DNA of 64,000 nucleotides from Escherichia coli (GTDB lineage Bacteria; Pseudomonadota; Gammaproteobacteria; Enterobacterales; Enterobacteriaceae): NCBI RefSeq assembly GCF_003018255.1, contig NZ_CP027441.1; one strand, 5' to 3'. Shown piece by piece: positions 57,519 to 64,000 of this stretch (position 1 is its first letter; each line of letters starts with the position of its first letter). The notes under the pieces were generated by a model. It saw only the letters and a program-made list of their open reading frames with translations, ran no database searches and was not told where the DNA came from. The position numbers and the translations under genes were made by a program.

Positions 57519-57621
57519 ATATTGCTCCTCAATCCATATAGATCTCAGTACCATAGCTCTGTCAGAGCAAAGAAAATCTTAACTAATACAAGTTAAGATT
57601 TTTAATATCCACTCCTCATCC

Positions 57622-60333
57622 CTACATTCCAGGTGATGGTGGCGTCCACTCATTATCCTGAACTGGAGCATAAGATGCGCCATGCCCCCCGGATATGCTT
57701 TTCTGTTGCCTGATATATTCATGGTAGTACTGTTCACTACGCTGACGATGTAAATCCACATCCGGGCGGCTGATTACAAAGTGTCCATTTCCGGTTATTC
57801 CAGCTGCATTATGCCAGGCCACCATTTCCGCAAATACATCATTAAACTGTTGATATGAGCCTTCCGGTTCAAAACCCATTCCTGGCTCACGATCAAACAA
57901 TACAGGAGCAATCAGATTCAGCTTATCCACCAGTTCATTTCTGTCCTGATGATGGTAGAACACCACACGGTCCCCATAATCCACACAGACTAACTCGCCA
58001 TTCCTCCGATCACGAAAACGCACACTGCCATCTTTCTGCAGACGGGCTTCGAGAACGCCAGTGTCTTCATAAAGTGGAGTTCCTCCCGGTTCACAGAGAA
58101 TCACGCAGCGGTCGGCATTCGTTGTTCGTCGCTTGTCTTTGCGACGATCACGATAATCCCAGCCACGTAACTGCGATACTGCAGCCCTGTCTCCCTGAGC
58201 CGCCTGTTGTTCCACCCACTGCCGGTAGGACAAAGGATACCACTTACCCTCCGCAATCAGTGACAACCGCTCTTCCTTCACACTCTCCTTCAGCCTGATC
58301 AGCGCCTGCATACGCTGCACTTCCGCAATATGGTAATGCAGCTTACGCAATTGTGGATCCCGGAACTGCACACGGATATACGCCTTGCGCCGACGGCAGG
58401 CAGCATGAATTTCCCGTAACCGTTCTCCGTAACGTAAGTCGGGTTTACGCCAGTGCTCCTTCCATGCAAGATAACGCGCGCGCAAATCTTCCCGCGCAGC
58501 TGCACGGGCTTCACGGCGTTCACGACGCAGTACAGGATCGCGCCGGAAGCCGGGCTCCACTTCATCGCTGGCAGCAAGTTCCGGATTGTAGCGACATTCA
58601 GGCTTCACCCGTTCAAATATATCTGCACCTGCAATCTCAAATGGCCCAGCCTGCGGCTCAGCCCTGGATAACGTCAAATCCGGGTGGATACTGCTGGCCT
58701 TCACTGGTGTGAGCTCATGATTAAACGCATCCACAATCACAAGACCATGATGCTGTTTCTGCAACATAAGCCCTTTACGCGCAAACATCTCATGGCACGC
58801 CTGCCAGCTGAAATTCCCGCCCGCGATCATATCTTCAATCAACGACTCACACTGAACAGTCGTGTACCCCCACAGACTTTCCTTATCAGAAAACAGTTCG
58901 CGCTTTATTGCTCCCTGTGGACCTGTCCCCATCCGCATACGATACCATTCGTAATCACTGACAGCCTGAGTACCAAGATTACGTCCCCGGAATCGTTCTC
59001 CGGGTATAACCTGAGTAAAAATATCCTTCGGTACAGGCTGCCATCCACCATCCAGATCCTGCATATAATCCAGCGTCATTAACGGCCACACACTGTCTGC
59101 ACGTACTGGTGTCTGTTGTTTATCAAATCCATCATGCAGTACCAGATGCCCGTGCTGGATCCCCATCCATAATCCAGCCTTTGCCAGAGTTCTGTGCACA
59201 TCCAGGCAACTTTCCAGCTCACCATTTCTCGCCATTTCCGGTAAGCGTTCAGCAAAGTGACGGCAGGCGTACTGTTTCAGACTCTCCGTTTCTGCCACTT
59301 TTTCCGGCCGGATATCCACGTTAATGGCTTCCGGCTCATAACGACCGGGTGTCCCCACCTGACTGAAAATATCTGTCGGTACAGGCTGATATTCCCCCAG
59401 TTTCCGCCCCAGTTTTTCAGCTGTCCATGACGGTCCGAACGAACTGAGTGCAACACCTTCCCGCGCTCTGTCCCAGCCATCCTTCACCACCAGTTCCCCT
59501 TCCTGCATCGTGATATACAGACCATCACTGGCCAGCCGTTTATGCAAAGATAACCAGTCCTGTGCAGGCTCTTCACGCAGCCCGGCAATCGACATCTGAG
59601 CAATATATTCCCTGAACGTCTGCTTTTTCCCGCGTCGCCAGGCATTACGGCGCTCACGTACCAGCGCTGTTTTGCGCACAATACGGTTGCCGGGTGCATG
59701 CACAAAGCAGCCATTATCCGGCGCAAATCCGTGCTTAAGTTCAAGTTCACGGCATGCACGACTGAGTTTTTCCTGGCTCCAGGAAAGCCAGTTAATATAA
59801 CCAGTTTCAGGATGTACACGATTCACGGCAACATGCACATGCAGATTATCCGTGTCCGTATGAACGGCAGCCACGTACTGATGTTTTGAGAGTTCAAGAG
59901 ATTTCAGTGTGTGACGCACACAGTCAAAAAGCTGCTCAGGACGCGGGCTTTCATGCGCAGGCCAGGAAAGAATGTAGTGGAAAACGGGGTCTGTATCATT
60001 ACGGGAAAAAACAGCTTTGTCCGCCTTGTACTGCATCTCTTCAGCAGCTGTTTCCAGTGAATTGCAGTTATGGAAACAGGTTACGCCATAGAAATTTACC
60101 CACTGACTGCCGTCTTTCATCACATCAATCAGGGAGACAAATTTTTCGTTACGCAGGCGTGTTGCATAATCAACAAGCCGTCTGAAACGGTTGCGGTGAG
60201 GGACATCACTCTTGATTTCGCTGTCTTCTGTGAGCTCATTTTCCTGCACATCATCCCGCACAGACGTGTACGCAATCAGGTCTTCAAAGGAAGACCTGCC
60301 GTCACGTCTTTTGTGCGGAATAATTGCATTCAT
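57622..60333 (-). CDS. nikB: relaxase NikB (MOBP family)
   Basis: 903 aa; histidine triad HTDTDNLHVHVAVNRV; size matches R64 NikB as recalled; adjacent to nikA and oriT. Confidence 0.85.
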   Translation of the reverse strand: MNAIIPHKRRDGRSSFEDLIAYTSVRDDVQENELTEDSEIKSDVPHRNRFRRLVDYATRLRNEKFVSLIDVMKDGSQWVNFYGVTCFHNCNSLETAAEEMQYKADKAVFSRNDTDPVFHYILSWPAHESPRPEQLFDCVRHTLKSLELSKHQYVAAVHTDTDNLHVHVAVNRVHPETGYINWLSWSQEKLSRACRELELKHGFAPDNGCFVHAPGNRIVRKTALVRERRNAWRRGKKQTFREYIAQMSIAGLREEPAQDWLSLHKRLASDGLYITMQEGELVVKDGWDRAREGVALSSFGPSWTAEKLGRKLGEYQPVPTDIFSQVGTPGRYEPEAINVDIRPEKVAETESLKQYACRHFAERLPEMARNGELESCLDVHRTLAKAGLWMGIQHGHLVLHDGFDKQQTPVRADSVWPLMTLDYMQDLDGGWQPVPKDIFTQVIPGERFRGRNLGTQAVSDYEWYRMRMGTGPQGAIKRELFSDKESLWGYTTVQCESLIEDMIAGGNFSWQACHEMFARKGLMLQKQHHGLVIVDAFNHELTPVKASSIHPDLTLSRAEPQAGPFEIAGADIFERVKPECRYNPELAASDEVEPGFRRDPVLRRERREARAAAREDLRARYLAWKEHWRKPDLRYGERLREIHAACRRRKAYIRVQFRDPQLRKLHYHIAEVQRMQALIRLKESVKEERLSLIAEGKWYPLSYRQWVEQQAAQGDRAAVSQLRGWDYRDRRKDKRRTTNADRCVILCEPGGTPLYEDTGVLEARLQKDGSVRFRDRRNGELVCVDYGDRVVFYHHQDRNELVDKLNLIAPVLFDREPGMGFEPEGSYQQFNDVFAEMVAWHNAAGITGNGHFVISRPDVDLHRQRSEQYYHEYIRQQKSISGGHGASYAPVQDNEWTPPSPGM

Positions 60334-60344
60334 CAGCAGTTATC

Positions 60345-60677
60345 TCAGCGTCCCATTAAGTCTCTTCGCAGAGCATTGACATATTCAGTAATGGCAACAA
60401 GAACCTCTGCATACTCCTTATCACCAGTGCGTTTTCCCTCCACAAACAGATGCTTCTGAAGGCGGCCAAGACGCATAATCTCATCAATCATACGGTCGTC
60501 AGTACGGCAGTTAACCACCTTATCCAGTGAAGAGCTTCGTATAAATGTTGAAACCGTCTGTCCACTTGACTCCGCTTTTTCTCTTACGATTTCAGCCTCA
60601 TCCTCCGTGAATCTCGCCGTGAATTTTACAATTCTCTTCCTGTTCTCACTGCCCGTTCGGGTTTTCTTCTCACTCAT
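60345..60677 (-). CDS. nikA: relaxosome accessory protein NikA (ribbon-helix-helix)
   Basis: 110 aa from MSEKKTRTGSENRKRIVKFTARFTEDEAEIV; AAGGAG Shine-Dalgarno; directly upstream of nikB. Confidence 0.8.
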   Translation of the reverse strand: MSEKKTRTGSENRKRIVKFTARFTEDEAEIVREKAESSGQTVSTFIRSSSLDKVVNCRTDDRMIDEIMRLGRLQKHLFVEGKRTGDKEYAEVLVAITEYVNALRRDLMGR

Positions 60678-60684
60678 GGTCTGC

Positions 60685-60800
60685 TCCTTACCGGGGTGTC
60701 GGGGCAAAGCCCTGACCAGGTGGGGAATGTCTGAGTGCGCGTGCGCGGTCCGACATTCCCACATCCTGTCCCGTTTTTCGGTCCATTATAGCCTGTTATT
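60685..60800. other. oriT: origin of transfer (oriT) with NikA-binding inverted repeat and nick region
   Basis: CCGGGGTGTCGGGG...; inverted repeat GGGAATGTC...GACATTCCC at about 60723-60760; then CACATCCTGTCCCGTTTTTCGG, immediately upstream of nikA. Confidence 0.65.
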
Positions 60801-60903
60801 TTTGTGCATCATAGTCTTATGCAGACGGCAGAGGCAGGGCGCAGCCCTGCCAGGAGTCAGTTTTTGATGATAAAATCAGACTTCAACATGAAACTGAGAG
60901 AAA

Positions 60904-61185
60904 GTGCCAATGGCTTCTAAAAAATTTTACTCAGATGATGACATCCAGCTGGCAAAAGCTGCTTTATCAGAATTGCCGGATCTCACCGCTCAACGGAAAA
61001 CATTGCGTGATTTTCTTGATGCCATTCGTGATGACATCATTGTCCTGGTAAGGACAAAGGGTTATACACTGGCAGATGTTCGTGACACGCTCAAAAATGC
61101 AGGGTATGAAGTAGGAGAGAAAGCACTTCGTGACATTATTCGGGAAGCAGAATCGAAAAAAACCATCCCGCCGTTCTTCCTCTAA
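60904..61185 (+). CDS. hypothetical leading-region protein (93 aa)
   Basis: Clean ORF after oriT; no motif. Confidence 0.45.
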   Translation: MPMASKKFYSDDDIQLAKAALSELPDLTAQRKTLRDFLDAIRDDIIVLVRTKGYTLADVRDTLKNAGYEVGEKALRDIIREAESKKTIPPFFL

Positions 61186-61330
61186 AACAGCACCTAAAAA
61201 GACAGATTCAGGCAGGAAAGATGGCATCGATATGAACAATAATTGATGTGACAATGTCACATCGTGTTCTGAGATTATGATGATTACAGAAAAAAAGCCC
61301 CGGCATAAATACCAGGGCTTTTCTGTTTAA

Positions 61331-62182
61331 TCAGACTCGTGGCGGCAATGCACCAGGATAATGCCGTGCAATAATATCATTCAGTTTTTCAACAAGGTTA
61401 GGACGCTTAAAGACAATGTGTACGGTCCCTTTCTGGTAGCCACGCACCGTAAAATATTCCCCTTCAAACAACTCACCGACATTGTCGCCGTTCCCGAGAA
61501 ATTCACCATACTGCGCCCCGATGCTGTTCCTGAAGTCAGGAACGTTGCGCCCCTCCAGCAGACAAAACGGACGTACCAGGTCATCCAGTGCCTCCCGTCC
61601 TCTGCAGTCCAGCGTCACACGCCCGTTACTCCAGCGGTACAGCAGGTTTTCAATAATGATTTTCTTGCCCAGACGGCAGGGATTATTGGTTCTGTAATCC
61701 CATGACAATTTCCGCCAGATATCAATCAGTCCCTGTTCAAATGTCTGCATCTTACTGGCATTCAGATGGCGGAATGTTGCCAGTACATTGTCCAGGGTGA
61801 TTTCAGGACAGGTGTCGCTCATCAGCTGGCTGTTCCACTCATCACGCTGGCATGAACTCATGAAGGTGTACATGCCCGTATCAGTCATCAGGCGATCCCA
61901 GATTTTCCGGTCGGCAAGACGGGTGATATTCTTTTTTGCTTCTTCCGGTTTATCCATGCATCGAACGGAGTCAGTCACGCAGTCTTCAAACCCGTAGAGA
62001 AAAATGTCACCGGAAGCATCGAGCAGAATCCTGCGTGCTGTCGCCAGGCATTCCATCGCCTGCATGAACAGTGCAATACCTTCGTTACGCTGCGCGATGA
62101 TGCGGTCGATAGCCACAGACGGAATAACATCTGTCGTGCCGGCAGTATTCAGGTCAGCAGTGGGTAAAGTCTGATTCATCAC
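61331..62182 (-). CDS. hypothetical leading-region protein (283 aa)
   Basis: Long clean ORF; no motif I can name. Confidence 0.5.
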   Translation of the reverse strand: MMNQTLPTADLNTAGTTDVIPSVAIDRIIAQRNEGIALFMQAMECLATARRILLDASGDIFLYGFEDCVTDSVRCMDKPEEAKKNITRLADRKIWDRLMTDTGMYTFMSSCQRDEWNSQLMSDTCPEITLDNVLATFRHLNASKMQTFEQGLIDIWRKLSWDYRTNNPCRLGKKIIIENLLYRWSNGRVTLDCRGREALDDLVRPFCLLEGRNVPDFRNSIGAQYGEFLGNGDNVGELFEGEYFTVRGYQKGTVHIVFKRPNLVEKLNDIIARHYPGALPPRV

Positions 62183-62189
62183 ATTGTCT

Positions 62190-62640
62190 CCTCATCGTCA
62201 CGACTGCCGGGTCAGCCAGGTCATTTCCCGGAGGAGCGAAGCTCCTTCTGCCGTCCGGGTCTTCGGGGATTTCCCCGCAGTGGACCTTTCCGACGGGGGA
62301 CGCTCACCACGTCACGGGGCAGTTGTCCGGGGGCAGACGCAAAAGTTTTTGACGCCTGCGGCAAAAAGTTTTGTGGCTGGTACATCTCTCCCCTGGACGA
62401 CTGAAACGGGATGTGGTCGTGTATGTACCCCCGGAAAGTCCGTCTGCGGAGAACAGGCCGCAGTGCGGCGACAGACAGGCAGAGACAGCTGCGCCATCAG
62501 GCGCAGTGGCCTTACACACCGTAAGGTGTGCAGGGAGCGCCGCATACGGCGCGACTGAAGAAAAACGACGGCACAACAATGGCATGTGGTGGTCACTGGC
62601 ACACCACTCCCACACAGGTGAAAACAGAGAAAACAGCACG
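62190..62640. other. GC-rich structured noncoding segment (candidate single-strand initiation / ssDNA promoter element or ncRNA)
   Basis: Several stable hairpins, including CACACC-GTAA-GGTGTG, GTGGTCACTGGCACACCAC and repeated GCAAAAGTTTTTG; track ORFs here have implausible composition. Confidence 0.3.
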
Positions 62641-62654
62641 ACATCTGCAACTAA

Positions 62655-62757
62655 AAAAGTGAAATTTCTTCACTTTTTTACACTTATTTATCGCGCTGAT
62701 TTGGCAATTATGATGATAAAATAAAGTGAAGTTTTTTCACTTTTTCAAAGGTGTTTT
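62655..62757 (+). promoter_or_regulatory. promoter with two 15-bp palindromic operators GTGAA-N5-TTCAC
   Basis: GTGAAATTTCTTCAC at about 62659-62673 and GTGAAGTTTTTTCAC at about 62726-62740, the second 18 bp before the ATG of the HTH gene. Confidence 0.5.
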
Positions 62758-63009
62758 ATGACCGGATGGGAACTGCGAATCTGGCGAAAAAGCATGCTCT
62801 GGTCACGCGAAAAAGCGGCCAGAGAATTTGGCGTGACGCAGAGAACATGGCACGCCTGGGAAAATGCGGAACAGGTGGACGTCACCGTCTGGAGGACCAC
62901 CCAGGCACTTTCAGTCCGTGACCTGCTGCCTCACATGCAGGGGATGCGTAAGGCAGATATCATCAGGCGACTGGAAAATGAACTGGGGGAAACGGCAGGG
63001 AATGTGTAA
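62758..63009 (+). CDS. small HTH DNA-binding protein (83 aa), probable autoregulator
   Basis: XRE-like HTH SREKAAREFGVTQRTWHAWE; operator palindromes directly upstream. Confidence 0.55.
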   Translation: MTGWELRIWRKSMLWSREKAAREFGVTQRTWHAWENAEQVDVTVWRTTQALSVRDLLPHMQGMRKADIIRRLENELGETAGNV

Positions 63010-63039
63010 GCGTGATTCACAGCCTGGCAGAATGCCAGG

Positions 63040-63210
63040 CTACTGCTCATCAGGAAACAGTTTTTTCAGTTCTTCACCGGAAAGTCCGGTTGCCTCCTGA
63101 ATCCGTTCCGGCGGCCAGCCCATATTCCAAAGCCGGCAGGCTATTTCCCGCGCCACTTCAAGAGCACCTTTTTCAAAACCTTTCTGTATAAGACGTTCTG
63201 CAATCGTCAT
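63040..63210 (-). CDS. free-standing Rpn C-terminal-tail-like small ORF (56 aa)
   Basis: MTIAERLIQKG...ATGLSGEELKKLF parallels the tail of the adjacent Rpn-like gene (MTIAERLEQKG...ATGLSDDELKKI); about 230-bp imperfect direct DNA repeat. Confidence 0.45.
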   Translation of the reverse strand: MTIAERLIQKGFEKGALEVAREIACRLWNMGWPPERIQEATGLSGEELKKLFPDEQ

Positions 63211-63272
63211 GCTGTTTGCTCTGCTCCTGCTGGCAAAAAAGCCCGGGATTTTGCCGGGCTTTGCGGTTCTCA

Positions 63273-64000
63273 TCAGTGAGTGATTTTCTTCAGTTCGTCA
63301 TCGGAAAGTCCGGTAGCCTGCTTAATCTGCTCCGGCGTCATCCCCATTTTCTGAAGCTGGCACGCAATAGCCAGGGCTTTTTCAAGCGCTCCTTCCATGC
63401 GTCCTTCCATGCGTCCTTCCATCCTGCCTTCCTGGCGACCTTTTTGCTCAAGACGTTCTGCGATAGTCATCAGTTTATCCTCATGCTGCGGCAGACGCTC
63501 AGCCAGCGCCCGCATAAATTCCGGTGATACAGAGTCCCCTGCGTTAACGATGTAATGAATCAGAACACGCACCTGCTCGTCTGAAATTTCCACCATGACC
63601 TGCGGGAGTTTGTCCAGCAGCTCCATCATGTCACGATGGCGGATATGCTTCATCAGCAGCGTCAGTGCGGCCATCCGGCGATGGTTCATGATTTCATTGT
63701 CATCAACGACAGTGATATCAACCAGCGGAAACGGCTTTGTGTATATTTTAGCCGCAAGCGCCGGTTCCTCAAAACAGTCCAGCCAGTTCATGCTGTACGG
63801 GTACGGGCTGCGCTCACCATGATAGAACAGCACCGGAATCACCAGTGGCAATGTTTTGTGCTGCTCCAGATGTCTCTGCATCGCCGCCACACTGTAACGT
63901 AACATGCGGAAAGGCATGTACAGATTTTCGGTGCTCTGGTGCTCGATGAGCGTATAAACATAGCCGTCTTTACCCCCGGTGGTTTTCACACTCCAGAGGA
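63273..64000 (-). CDS. Rpn-family (YhgA-like, PD-(D/E)XK) recombination-promoting nuclease, N-terminus outside window
   Basis: Frame open to window end; DGYVYTLIEHQS...LPLVIPVLFYHG...PFPLVDITVV core; C-terminal MTIAERLEQKG(RQEGRMEGRMEGRMEG) tail. Confidence 0.7.
   Translation of the reverse strand, partial: LWSVKTTGGKDGYVYTLIEHQSTENLYMPFRMLRYSVAAMQRHLEQHKTLPLVIPVLFYHGERSPYPYSMNWLDCFEEPALAAKIYTKPFPLVDITVVDDNEIMNHRRMAALTLLMKHIRHRDMMELLDKLPQVMVEISDEQVRVLIHYIVNAGDSVSPEFMRALAERLPQHEDKLMTIAERLEQKGRQEGRMEGRMEGRMEGALEKALAIACQLQKMGMTPEQIKQATGLSDDELKKITH
63385..63435. repeat. 12-bp tandem coding repeat (about 3.5 copies) encoding EGRM repeats
   Basis: CCTTCCATGCGT CCTTCCATGCGT CCTTCCATCCTG CCTTCC on the forward strand. 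Confidence 0.7.

Noticed and set aside
62184-62558. 124-aa ORF in the GC-rich leading-region segment
   Set aside because: Arg/Cys/Gly-rich translation with no start context; the segment is better explained as structured noncoding DNA or RNA.
1-64000. CRISPR arrays, tRNA/rRNA genes, IS elements with DDE transposases, integrons
   Set aside because: No regularly spaced short direct repeats, no cloverleaf-like GC-rich 75-90 nt segments, and no transposase- or integrase-like ORFs were found on reading both strands; the only repeats are those listed as features.

Overview
The window reads as an IncI1 / R64-type conjugative-plasmid transfer region, assigned from gene order, protein sizes and motifs recalled from memory (no database search was possible). 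Left to right: the 3' end of a flotillin-like gene; the thin-pilus (type IVb) operon pilL-pilV; traE-traK; the sog primase; traL-traY; excA; a roughly 12.5 kb low-GC accessory insertion; trbA-trbC; nikB-nikA with oriT; and the start of the leading region, ending in an Rpn-family nuclease gene cut by the window edge. The pilV 3' end carries shufflon-type crossover sites, but no rci recombinase is present anywhere in the window. The accessory insertion holds the strongest candidates for something undescribed: a 528-aa protein combining helix-turn-helix domains with a PD-(D/E)XK nuclease-like C-terminus, a sulfatase-family membrane enzyme, a secreted nuclease, a 1359-aa SPATE autotransporter, and an unannotated DinQ/TisB-like type I toxin ORF with upstream direct repeats. 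No rRNA, tRNA, CRISPR array or classical IS transposase was seen. CDS coordinates come from the supplied ORF track with starts refined by Shine-Dalgarno or signal-peptide logic; sites placed by hand may be off by 1-2 bp.
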